Positions 50,993 to 59,700 of a stretch of 64,000 nt of DNA are shown piece by piece. The notes under the pieces were generated by a model. That model ran no database searches, was not told the DNA's origin, and saw only the letters and a program-made list of their open reading frames with translations. The position numbers and the translations under genes are program-made. Within the stretch, counting starts at the first letter, position 1, and every line of letters starts with the position of its first letter. Source of the stretch: an uncultured Alphaproteobacteria bacterium (GTDB lineage Bacteria; Pseudomonadota; Alphaproteobacteria; JAPOUT01; G958296285). The DNA is taken from assembly GCA_958296285.1 (NCBI GenBank), contig OY282459.1, positions 258,367-322,366 on the forward strand, in the 5' to 3' direction.

Positions 50993-51693
50993 CGCAACCG
51001 CGAGATTCGGATTTTCGGAAGGATGACAGCCAAGTGCGCTTCCCGATGACGGCGCATGACGTCCGCAAAGCCTATCGGCGCTGGGCGCCTTTTTACGATT
51101 TTCTTTTCTCGCCCTTCGTGCTGCGGATGACGCATCATCAGGTGGCGAATCATGTGAATGGGGGGGCTGGCTCTGTTTTGGAGGTCGGCGTGGGGACGGG
51201 CTTCGCGCTTCCTCTTTACGAGACTCATTTGACGATCACCGGCGTGGATCTCTCGCCTGAGATGCTGGCGCGGGCGCGCCGCCGCGTGGAGAAGCGGGGG
51301 CTTGGCCACATTCATGAGCTTGCCGAGATGGACGCGACCGAACTTGCCTATCCCGACGGTCATTTTGACATGGTGGTGGCGGTGCATGTGATGTCGGTGG
51401 TTCCTGATCCCTGCCGCGTTTTTCGGGAGTTGGAGCGGGTCTGCAAGCCTGGGGGCGAGGTGATCATCGTCAATCATTTTCAGAGGGAGAAGCGCGATGT
51501 GATCGGCTTTATGGAGCGGGCGATCGCGCCTTTGTCGCGTTATTTGGGCTGGCATCCTGACATGCCGATCGCGATTTTCAACAAGCCTGGGCAGCTTTTG
51601 CTGTTGAAGGAGAAGCGGACGTTGAAACCTTTTGGTCTTTTCACGATGCTGCTTTTCAAGAAGCCTCTGTCGGCGGTTGGCGCGGCGGAGTAG
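50989..51693 (+). CDS. pmtA: class I SAM methyltransferase, PmtA-like phospholipid N-methyltransferase
   Basis: YRRWAPFYD, VLEVGVGTG, GVDLSPEML, VMSVVPDP, RVCKPGG..IIVNHF. Confidence 0.78.
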   Translation: MTQPRDSDFRKDDSQVRFPMTAHDVRKAYRRWAPFYDFLFSPFVLRMTHHQVANHVNGGAGSVLEVGVGTGFALPLYETHLTITGVDLSPEMLARARRRVEKRGLGHIHELAEMDATELAYPDGHFDMVVAVHVMSVVPDPCRVFRELERVCKPGGEVIIVNHFQREKRDVIGFMERAIAPLSRYLGWHPDMPIAIFNKPGQLLLLKEKRTLKPFGLFTMLLFKKPLSAVGAAE

Positions 51694-51760
51694 CTCAGTT
51701 GGTTAGAGCAGCGGAATCATAATCCGCGTGTCGGGGGTTCGAGTCCCTCCTCCGCTACCA
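51684..51760 (+). tRNA. tRNA-Met (CAT)
   Basis: acceptor GGCGGAG/CTCCGCT, anticodon arm GCGGA-ATCATAA-TCCGC, GGTTCGAGT, CCA. Confidence 0.95.
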
Positions 51761-51778
51761 GAACGCAATGGAGGCAGC

Positions 51779-52483
51779 ATGGCGCAGACGACCACTATCA
51801 AGAAGCATAATGAAGACAGGATTCGCCGCGCCAAAAGTTGGCTCAAAAGGGCGAAAGAGTGGCGCAACGAGAATCCCAATATGAAGGATGGTTCGGATGA
51901 AGAGTTTCTTTTTTTGTGGATCGCCTTCAACGCCGCTTATGGCTCTCTCGCCGGTCCGGAGGATAGCGAGAAAGAGTGGAAGTGTTGGAGAGGTTTTATA
52001 GAAAAAGTGATGAATATAGACTCATCAAGAATCTTGAAGGCTTTGTCCGCAACAGAACAGCTAAGTATCATGGAGATGAAAGCCGCAAGGCCCATAGATG
52101 AGCTGCTGAAAAACCCATATGTTTATGCGGGACTCTGGCAAAAGTTAAGAACGGGAAAACCTTGGTTCAAAGACATGGAAGACAAAAACAAGACAGCTAA
52201 AGAAAGTCGGCTCAAGGGAAATTGGAAAGGATTCGTCATTGAAATTCTGTATCGTCTTTACACGCTTCGCCATCAAATTGTCCATGGCGGGAAAACTTAC
52301 GGCAATTCAATCGATTCAAGCTGGGGCGCGAAGCAGCTCCAAGACGGATGCAAGATTATGAGGAACCTTGTTCCTGCCATTGTTGAGATTATAGAGAAAG
52401 ACATTAAAGAGAATCCAGCCACGCCAAGATGGGGCAAGATTGGCTATCCGCGCTTCCGCAAAACGCCCGATCCCGATCAATAA
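51779..52483 (+). CDS. HEPN-domain protein (putative RNase)
   Basis: RIRRAKSWL, FLFLWIAFNAAY, R-x4-H motif RHQIVH; AT-richer; directly after the tRNA. Confidence 0.72.
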   Translation: MAQTTTIKKHNEDRIRRAKSWLKRAKEWRNENPNMKDGSDEEFLFLWIAFNAAYGSLAGPEDSEKEWKCWRGFIEKVMNIDSSRILKALSATEQLSIMEMKAARPIDELLKNPYVYAGLWQKLRTGKPWFKDMEDKNKTAKESRLKGNWKGFVIEILYRLYTLRHQIVHGGKTYGNSIDSSWGAKQLQDGCKIMRNLVPAIVEIIEKDIKENPATPRWGKIGYPRFRKTPDPDQ

Positions 52484-53157
52484 ATATAAGGAAACACCCG
52501 CCACGGCACGCGCTTCTTATAATCAGCATAACCTTTGAGATTTTTCTCCAAAAATCGCTCCTCATAGCCAATCCGCCAAAGAAACATCGCGCAAAGAACG
52601 CCCATCGTCAGCGAGAAAATCCACTGCTGCACAATCAGCGCCCAGCCCGGAAAAACGATCAGCGCCGCCAAATACATCGGATGGCGAACATGGCGGTAAA
52701 GACCGTCCGAAACGACCCGCTGCCCCTCATGCTTGATCACGACAAGGCTGGAAAAAGCGTTCTGAAACATCGCCGCCGCGAAAATCCCCAATCCCAGCGC
52801 GAAAAGACAAACCCCCAAAAGAAGAGGAACCGTCTCAAAATCGCCGTCCGCCAAATAGGCGGAGGCGTAAAAGCCTCCGTAAAAAACCACGGAGAAAAGG
52901 GCGAGAAAGATTTTATCCCCGAAAGGCTGATCGCCAGAGGCGATCTTCATGCGACTCAACAGATAGTCGGGACGCCAAAAGGCAAGATAGAAAATGAACG
53001 GCGCCGGCAGAATGACCAGCATCACATAGGTGATGAGATAGGGGACATGAAAATCGCCGCCCGCCAAGAAAAAAGGAATGACGCCGTAAAGGATCGCCGC
53101 CATCAGCACCGCGCCCAAAGCCAAAAGAGTGGAGCGAAGATAAGTCATCTTCAACAT
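52477..53157 (-). CDS. isoprenylcysteine carboxylmethyltransferase (STE14) family membrane protein
   Basis: multiple TMs, QRVVSDGLYRHVRHPMY, EERFL..GYADYKKRV; start may be 53148. Confidence 0.85.
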   Translation of the reverse strand: MLKMTYLRSTLLALGAVLMAAILYGVIPFFLAGGDFHVPYLITYVMLVILPAPFIFYLAFWRPDYLLSRMKIASGDQPFGDKIFLALFSVVFYGGFYASAYLADGDFETVPLLLGVCLFALGLGIFAAAMFQNAFSSLVVIKHEGQRVVSDGLYRHVRHPMYLAALIVFPGWALIVQQWIFSLTMGVLCAMFLWRIGYEERFLEKNLKGYADYKKRVPWRVFPYIY

Positions 53158-53165
53158 TATATCCT

Positions 53166-55400
53166 TTACTCGGGGCAAGATACAATGCCATCAACAAGGC
53201 TTTTGTGTTGCACGGCATGTTTGGCCCACGCAAACGCCGCAAGATAGTCTGCTCCCTTTTGAAGATTTTGATCCCAAGAATCTATTATTTCAAATACTTG
53301 AATCCGAGTTTTAACGTTATAGACCATTCTCGTCCTTGATGTTGTTTGATGGTAGAGTTCCTTCCAACTGCCACCCGCCAATTGTTCGATTATATTGCAG
53401 AACATAGACCAACTCTTCCCCACCAAATGATTCTCTTCAAATTTTCCATCCTTCACCGCCTCCGAGATGAGTGTGGCATCCATGCTTGTTTTCAATCTCT
53501 GGAGGTCTGTCTTTTCAAGAAGATTCGGAAAAATCCGATACAGGCCTTTCCCGTATTTTTTGAATAAAAGGTATCCCACCATCTCAACGTATATATACAT
53601 GGCTGTATTCTTAACTACTCCAGCCAAATATTCTGATTCTTTCATCAAGAGGGTAGCCTTTTCTTCTGGTGTTATCCTCGTGCTCGTGATCCCCAACTTT
53701 TTTTCCATATGCTTCCGATGGTCCTGGTTGGATGGAGTCAGCTGTTTCGCAGCTTTACTCAGCAAATAAGCAGTTAGCAGAGCTTGGTGCGGGGGAGATT
53801 GAGGCTCAAAGTCCTCCTTGATCCGCCTAGGGTCGTATTTCAATCTATAATCTCCACCTTCCTGAAGGGAATGCTGCTCGGGTCGCCTCTCAAACACGGT
53901 CTTATAGTAGTCATGCGTATCTACAAAAATTCTCTTTTTGTCATGCATAGCCTCGCTAGAAAACCCTATGAACGCTAACCAGGCTTCAGCGACGTGACTA
54001 TTCTCGGCGACCCGATATTTTCTCCTTCTTGCATCGTGAGACGTTTGTATTGCGAAATGCTGTGGTTTCTTCCCTGGCAGAGTGGGCCAGTCCTCGGACT
54101 CTCTGAAAGCTTCCCATGCGAATTCTTTCCTCTCATAAAACCAGCCTTCTTTAGCAAAGTCCTTTTCTAGAGCTTTTTGCTCCTCCTCATTTGATTTAAG
54201 ATTCCGGGGATCCATCACATTCTGAGTGTTGGTAGCAATGATGAGCTCCCCTACATCCTCAACAGCCCCTTTCTCGAATGCTCGCACCAAAACGTAACAT
54301 TCTTTCTCAAAAATCTTCTTCAACTCAGAGCCCATGTCCTTATAGGTTTCGGAAAGTGTTGTGATCGTCTGCAACCCGTTCACGATGCCAGGCTTAACAA
54401 AGGTTGCGCAGCCAGGCTTACCACGATCGGAAGGTTTAGCGGAAACAGACTCAGCAAGAATCGTCAACCCGTTATTCAGCAGGTGAAACTTCTTGATCCC
54501 TTTTTCTGTTTGAATCTGATCCTCTATTTTCTTATTGACCGCCGATTTAGAGATCGCGCAGCGAACATTGTCTTCAAATATACGCTGTCCAAAATCTTCG
54601 TATCCGTTTATGAGGTCATAGGCCTTCGCGAAGAAAACCTTGAACCCCTCATCATCTATCACATCCCCACGGATAGCAACCGTAATCCTATCCCTTTTAT
54701 CGCCGCCTCGGTCACGCCAACCAAAATTTCCTAAAGCCCATTGCGCTTCTAACAGCCTATCAATGCCGAGGATTTTGAACTCAACAGAACATTCAACGCC
54801 ATTTACGGTCAGATTTTTTGAGGACTGTTGAATTTCCCGAAACATTTCTTTTGCTTGGTCAGTTAAACCTGAGCCAGAAAGAATGAGTGAGATATCTATT
54901 TTATAGACGTCTTGGATTTCTCCACCATCCCCACCTTGACGCCTAAATTTTCGCAACTCGGATAATAAAGTCTGCTGAAAGCCCCGAATACTGTGATTCT
55001 GCTCTCTCTTCGCTTTATGAGCTGTATTCAAATAATTGAGAATACTGTTTATATCACCAAGATTTTTACGGTCATGCTTCTCTTTCCAGATATCCAAAAT
55101 ATCCGCGTCTCGCCCTTTGCATTGAAAAATCTCCACCTTTCCAGGCTTAAAAGCATAGAAATCAATGCCTCTATCACCTGGGCCGTCGGACATATCGGAA
55201 TTGTCAGCACTTTCTCTATCGTCATAGCCAAGGCACTCTAGCGCGACAATTTTAAAGGCTTCTGGATATGAGAGATCGTCCGTATTCATTGCTTCACGGA
55301 TTCTCTCCGAGAGCTCCTGCAATAGATTGCTGCGCTGGTTTTCAGGAAAAGCGCTGTTTCTGTTGGCGTGTCCTTTGCTCAACTTAACCTCCTCTGACAA
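53166..55400 (-). CDS. AIPR family protein (abortive infection / RM-associated)
   Basis: DGPGDRGID, IFEDNVR, FHLLNNGLTI, IVNGLQT, ATNTQN, FYERK; visibly AT-rich. Confidence 0.8.
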   Translation of the reverse strand: MSEEVKLSKGHANRNSAFPENQRSNLLQELSERIREAMNTDDLSYPEAFKIVALECLGYDDRESADNSDMSDGPGDRGIDFYAFKPGKVEIFQCKGRDADILDIWKEKHDRKNLGDINSILNYLNTAHKAKREQNHSIRGFQQTLLSELRKFRRQGGDGGEIQDVYKIDISLILSGSGLTDQAKEMFREIQQSSKNLTVNGVECSVEFKILGIDRLLEAQWALGNFGWRDRGGDKRDRITVAIRGDVIDDEGFKVFFAKAYDLINGYEDFGQRIFEDNVRCAISKSAVNKKIEDQIQTEKGIKKFHLLNNGLTILAESVSAKPSDRGKPGCATFVKPGIVNGLQTITTLSETYKDMGSELKKIFEKECYVLVRAFEKGAVEDVGELIIATNTQNVMDPRNLKSNEEEQKALEKDFAKEGWFYERKEFAWEAFRESEDWPTLPGKKPQHFAIQTSHDARRRKYRVAENSHVAEAWLAFIGFSSEAMHDKKRIFVDTHDYYKTVFERRPEQHSLQEGGDYRLKYDPRRIKEDFEPQSPPHQALLTAYLLSKAAKQLTPSNQDHRKHMEKKLGITSTRITPEEKATLLMKESEYLAGVVKNTAMYIYVEMVGYLLFKKYGKGLYRIFPNLLEKTDLQRLKTSMDATLISEAVKDGKFEENHLVGKSWSMFCNIIEQLAGGSWKELYHQTTSRTRMVYNVKTRIQVFEIIDSWDQNLQKGADYLAAFAWAKHAVQHKSLVDGIVSCPE

Positions 55401-55431
55401 TTGTCCTGCTGTCCAAAATTGTAAAGTTGCG

Positions 55432-56478
55432 TCAGGGCGTCAGGACGACGCGCCCCATCACTTTGCCGGCGCGGAGATCCTCCAACGCCGCGTTGGCTTT
55501 ATCCAACGGCCTCGTCTCTATCGGAATCGGGCTTATCTTGCCCGCCTTGACGAGCGCCAGCATCTCCTTCGTGTCGTCATAAGAGCCGACAAAAGACCCC
55601 GCCATGAAAAAAGCCCGCAGCGGAAACATCGGCAGAGGCATCTGAAACGCGCCGCCGAAAAGACCGACCAAAACCACGCCGCCTCCGCGCCTGACCGCGC
55701 CATTGGCGGCGGCGGCGGACTCTTCCGACCCTACGAAATCCACGACCCCGGCCACCCCGCCTTCCGTCAGCGTCATGATTTTCCCCAAAGCGTCCTGCTC
55801 TTTGAGATTGAAAACTTCCGCCGCGCCCGCGCCCATCGCGGCTTGCAGTTTCTGCTCATCCACATCGGCGACAAAAGGGGCTTTGTCAAAAAGAGCGGCG
55901 GCGAATTGCAGACCCATCATGCCGACCCCTCCCATGCCGATCAGAAGAATCTGCTCCTCTCCGACAAGGCGCTTGAGTTTCTTGATCGCGCCATAAGCCG
56001 TGATACCGGAACACATATAGGTCGCCGCCAAGCCGGGGGCGATGCCTTCGCTGTCCAAGACATATTTCTCATGCGGCACAAGGCAGTGAGTCGAGAAGCC
56101 GCCGCCCCAATTGACTCCCAGCACGCGCCCCATCGGACATAAATGCTCCTCGCCGCGCGCGCAAATGGAGCATTCGCCGCAGCCGATCCAAGGATAAAGA
56201 ACGCCGTGATCGCCGACTTTGACCGACTTTACGTCAGGGCCGACGGCAGAGACATTTCCCTCAATCTCATGCCCCAAAATATGCGGCAGATCGCGCATCG
56301 TCAGATCCAGCTTCTCCTCCCCGCCCAGCGAGAAATAGCCGTCATGGATATGGACGTCCGAATGGCAGACCCCGGCATGGGTGACCTCCATCAAGACTTG
56401 CGCGCCTTCGGGCTTTGGCGTTTCCAGTTCCACGCCCTCCAGAGGCGCGCCGAATTTCGTGATGGCTTGGCTTTGCAT
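55432..56478 (-). CDS. zinc-binding alcohol dehydrogenase
   Basis: GVCHSD, LGHE, CGECSIC..C, CSGITAY, GMGGVG. Confidence 0.92.
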   Translation of the reverse strand: MQSQAITKFGAPLEGVELETPKPEGAQVLMEVTHAGVCHSDVHIHDGYFSLGGEEKLDLTMRDLPHILGHEIEGNVSAVGPDVKSVKVGDHGVLYPWIGCGECSICARGEEHLCPMGRVLGVNWGGGFSTHCLVPHEKYVLDSEGIAPGLAATYMCSGITAYGAIKKLKRLVGEEQILLIGMGGVGMMGLQFAAALFDKAPFVADVDEQKLQAAMGAGAAEVFNLKEQDALGKIMTLTEGGVAGVVDFVGSEESAAAANGAVRRGGGVVLVGLFGGAFQMPLPMFPLRAFFMAGSFVGSYDDTKEMLALVKAGKISPIPIETRPLDKANAALEDLRAGKVMGRVVLTP

Positions 56479-56543
56479 GGGTTCCCTCCTCCAAGATTGA
56501 CGGGTTTTATTCTGCCACAAAAGACAGGGTTTGATGACGAGAA

Positions 56544-57467
56544 TTATCGCGCCCTATGCACCAAAACTTCCTCTTCCCGATTCGGCAAGCCGCGCGCGCT
56601 CTTGACGAATCCTTTCGGCACGCGGACAGTAAGAGGGCTTCCGGCGACAGAGAGGCAAAGATTGGTGTTGTTGTCCTCATCCCGCCTGTCGCCGATGGCG
56701 CTAGGCGCGGCGTCAAAGGGGCCATCGGACGACCCCGCCGCCGCCCCTGCCGCCGCCGCTCCTGCCTCCGCCGCCGCCGCGCTGTCGCCGCGCATATTGA
56801 CGAAGGTCGCGCTCCAATCTTGCGGATCGGAGACGGCGCGCGACCAAGTGAGGCGGAGCGCCGCTTTCGCCGCGCTTGGACAGTCGCTGCCGCCGCTCTC
56901 GCGCTCGGCGGGCGCGATCAGTTCGGCATAGACCAGAGACGGCGCTTCGTCCAACAGCGCCACGCCGTCATAGGACAAGCCGCGCATGTCGTAGATCACA
57001 TTGTCCAGATTGGGTTCGGTCGTCAGCGAGCCGACCACGCGCGCTTTGAGCGGCGGATCAAAGACGGCGCTGCCGAAATCGCCTAAGAGGAAGATTGTGC
57101 GATCTTCATTTTCCTCGTCTGACGGGCTGGTTGTCAGGCAGAAGGGCGTTTTTTTGACGCCTGAGCGAGTCGTGATGGCGAAGTCTTCGGGATCCAGGCT
57201 GGATTCCTCTATTTCGTGGGTGAAGACGAGGGCGATTCTGTCCATGCGTCCGGCTTTGGCGCAGAGGAGTCGCGTCCAGAGATTGGACCAGGGGACGGGC
57301 TTGTCGTCCATCTCGTGGGCGGCGGAGAGAAGACGCGGACGCGCCCGCTCCACGGCTTCGGCGCTTGGCGGCAAGGCTGTCCAAAGAAGCGCCAGGGCCG
57401 CGAGCGCCAGGGCGGCGAGCGCGAGGAGGGCGGGGAGGTTTTTTTTTCGGGCGGCGGTTGGTTTCAT
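56544..57467 (-). CDS. hypothetical exported protein
   Basis: signal peptide or TM, host-like codon usage, 4-bp overlap with upstream ORF. Confidence 0.62.
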   Translation of the reverse strand: MKPTAARKKNLPALLALAALALAALALLWTALPPSAEAVERARPRLLSAAHEMDDKPVPWSNLWTRLLCAKAGRMDRIALVFTHEIEESSLDPEDFAITTRSGVKKTPFCLTTSPSDEENEDRTIFLLGDFGSAVFDPPLKARVVGSLTTEPNLDNVIYDMRGLSYDGVALLDEAPSLVYAELIAPAERESGGSDCPSAAKAALRLTWSRAVSDPQDWSATFVNMRGDSAAAAEAGAAAAGAAAGSSDGPFDAAPSAIGDRRDEDNNTNLCLSVAGSPLTVRVPKGFVKSARGLPNREEEVLVHRAR

Positions 57468-57712
57468 GTGTCGTCTTTTCGCACGAAGGTGACGGCGTAG
57501 TGGATTCGTCCTTCTAGGAGGGGTTTGGGTTCGCCGAGTCCGTCGGTCAGGAAGAATTTGCGCGGCGTCACGCGCCCTTCGAGGCGGTAGCCGCGCTCGT
57601 GCATTTTGCGGCGATGGAATTCCATCGCGGCGGGCGTGAAATCGGTCGAGAGGACTGTGATTCTTTCGGGGAGCGCGGTTTGGCTTTTGTCGTTTTTGGT
57701 TTTGTCGTTCAT
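57464..57712 (-). CDS. hypothetical protein (82 aa)
   Basis: translationally coupled (4-bp overlaps) between msrA and the next ORF. Confidence 0.62.
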   Translation of the reverse strand: MNDKTKNDKSQTALPERITVLSTDFTPAAMEFHRRKMHERGYRLEGRVTPRKFFLTDGLGEPKPLLEGRIHYAVTFVRKDDT

Positions 57713-58203
57713 GGCGCTTCTCTCGCGCGGAAGAGGCGGGCTGTGTGTTTTTCTTCGTAATGTTGGTGGTAGTCTTCGGCGCGCCAGAATTGGGTTTTTG
57801 GTTGGATTTCTGTCGCGATGGGTTTTTGGAGGCGTCCGGAGTTTTGGAGCGCCGTCAGGGATTCGCGCGCCAGTTTATTTTGTTCTTCGGAGTGGGTGAA
57901 GATGGCGCTTCTATATTGGGTTCCGATGTTGGGGCCTTGTTTATTTTTTTGGGTTGGGTCGTGGCATGTCCAGAAAGTTTGGAGGAGGGTTTGGTAGGAG
58001 ATGGTTTGGGGGTCAAAGATGATGTGGATGGTTTCGGCGTGGCCTGTTTGTCCTGTGCAGACTTGTTCGTAGGAGGGGTTTGGGGTTGTTCCGCCTGTGT
58101 ATCCGACTTCGGTTTTGAGGATGCCTGGGATTTTGGCGAAGATGCTTTGGACTTGCCAGAAGCATCCTGCGGCGAAGCTGGCGTGTTGGGTTTGGTTGGT
58201 CAT
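57709..58203 (-). CDS. msrA: peptide methionine sulfoxide reductase A
   Basis: AAGCFW, GYTGG, YEQVC, GHAE, HDPT, QYRSAIF, AEDYHQ. Confidence 0.95.
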   Translation of the reverse strand: MTNQTQHASFAAGCFWQVQSIFAKIPGILKTEVGYTGGTTPNPSYEQVCTGQTGHAETIHIIFDPQTISYQTLLQTFWTCHDPTQKNKQGPNIGTQYRSAIFTHSEEQNKLARESLTALQNSGRLQKPIATEIQPKTQFWRAEDYHQHYEEKHTARLFRAREAP

Positions 58204-58209
58204 GGGGGG

Positions 58210-58218
58210 ATTATAGCA
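58210..58218 (-). promoter_or_regulatory. extended -10 (TGCTATAAT), probable leaderless msrA promoter
   Basis: TATAAT ends 6 nt before the ATG; no RBS. Confidence 0.55.
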
Positions 58219-58238
58219 TAGAAGTTTTGGTTTGGTTT

Positions 58239-58556
58239 GCTCCCGTGAAGGGGGGTCAAGGGGGGCTTGCCCCCCTTGAAAAAAGGGGGGATCGGGGGGA
58301 ATCCCCCCCGAAAGCGCGTGGGTGGGGTGGGGAAAAAGCATTTGCGAAGCGAGGTGAGCCGAGCGAGCAAATGCGACCCCACCCACGCGCCCCCTGCTCG
58401 CAAGATCTCTTGGAGGGGGGTCGGCGGGCTTTCTCGCGGGCTTGCCTACGGCTTCGCCCGCTTCGTTTCGCCACGCCCGCCGACCTTTCGGGGGTTTCCC
58501 CCGAACCCCCTTTTTTCTTGGGGGGCTAGCCCCCCAAACCCCCCTTCTTTTGGAGC
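58239..58556 (-). repeat. nested-hairpin dispersed element, copy 8 (reverse)
   Basis: GCTCCCGTGAAGGGGGG...CCCCCCTTCTTTTGGAGC ends; centre reads AAGATCTCTT instead of AAGAGCTCTT. Confidence 0.95.
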
Positions 58557-58559
58557 AAC

Positions 58560-59699
58560 CTAAAAGCCCCCCAACCGCGCATAACGCGCACGATGAAACC
58601 GACCATCGCCATACAACTGAGCCTGAACCCGCGCCCGCTTCATGAATAAACCCATATCCAACTCATCCGTCATCCCCATCCCGCCATGCAACTGAACCGC
58701 CTCATTCGTAATATGACGCAAAGCCTCCGACATCCGAGCCTTCGCCAAACTCGCCATCTGCGCCACATCATCACGCCCCTCCTCCAACGCCGACAACCCA
58801 TCCCAAACAACCGAATGACCCAACTCAATCTGACAAAACATCTCCGCCGCCCGATGCTTCAAAGCCTGAAAAGACCCAATCGGCTGATCAAACTGCCGGC
58901 GCTCCTTCATATGCGCCAAAATCCTCTCAAAAAGCTCGCGCGCCGCGCCCAGCATCTCAGAAGCAAGCGCGATCCGCGAAACATCCAAAACACGCGACAA
59001 AATCTCGCCGCCCCGATCCAACTCGCCCAAAACCGAATCCTCGCCCAGCGCCACATCCTCCAACTGAATGTCCGCCATGCCGCGACTGTCCGCCATGGAA
59101 AGAGAAACACGCTCAACCCCCCTCGCGTCTGACGGAAAAAGAAAAAGCGTGATGCCCCGCTTGTCGTCTTTCTCGCCGCTCGTCCTCGCCGAAACAATGA
59201 GCCAATCCGCCGCGCCGCCGTCCGGCGCGAAGCGCTTGCGCCCCCGAAGCGTGAAGCCGCCCCGCCCCCTCCTCGCCTCGCATGAAACCGCATAAGGCGC
59301 ATGACGCGCGCCCTCGTCAAAAGCGGGGGCGAAAATTCTCTCGCCGGCGGCGATCTTCGGCAAATGCGCCTTCTTCTGCGCCTCGCTGCCAGCATGATTG
59401 ACGGCTTCCGCCGAAACGCAAGAGGTCGCGAAAAGAGGGGAGGGCGAAAGCCTCCGCCCCGCCTCCTCAAAAACCAACCCCATGCCCAGCGCGCCAAAGC
59501 CGGTGCCGCCATAATCTTCCGGAATCATCATGCCGGCGAAGCCGAGCTCCGCCATTTTCTTCCACAGATTCCCGTCAAAAGCCTCGCCCTCCCCCGCGTC
59601 CCGAAGAGCGCGCAAATGAGAGACAGGCATATGGTCTTGGAAAAACTGCGCCGCCGTTTCCCGCAGCAGCCCATGCTCCTCGCTCAATAGGAACGCCAT
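58560..59699 (-). CDS. acyl-CoA dehydrogenase (PimD-like)
   Basis: IPEDYGG, ERRQFDQPIGSFQALKH, VQLHGGMGMT. Confidence 0.9.
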   Translation of the reverse strand: MAFLLSEEHGLLRETAAQFFQDHMPVSHLRALRDAGEGEAFDGNLWKKMAELGFAGMMIPEDYGGTGFGALGMGLVFEEAGRRLSPSPLFATSCVSAEAVNHAGSEAQKKAHLPKIAAGERIFAPAFDEGARHAPYAVSCEARRGRGGFTLRGRKRFAPDGGAADWLIVSARTSGEKDDKRGITLFLFPSDARGVERVSLSMADSRGMADIQLEDVALGEDSVLGELDRGGEILSRVLDVSRIALASEMLGAARELFERILAHMKERRQFDQPIGSFQALKHRAAEMFCQIELGHSVVWDGLSALEEGRDDVAQMASLAKARMSEALRHITNEAVQLHGGMGMTDELDMGLFMKRARVQAQLYGDGRFHRARYARLGGF

Positions 59700-59700
59700 G

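Noticed and set aside
56483..56492. TCCCTCCTCC as an att duplicate of the tRNA-Met 3' end
   Set aside because: It is only 10 bp and coincides with the Shine-Dalgarno sequence of the alcohol dehydrogenase gene.
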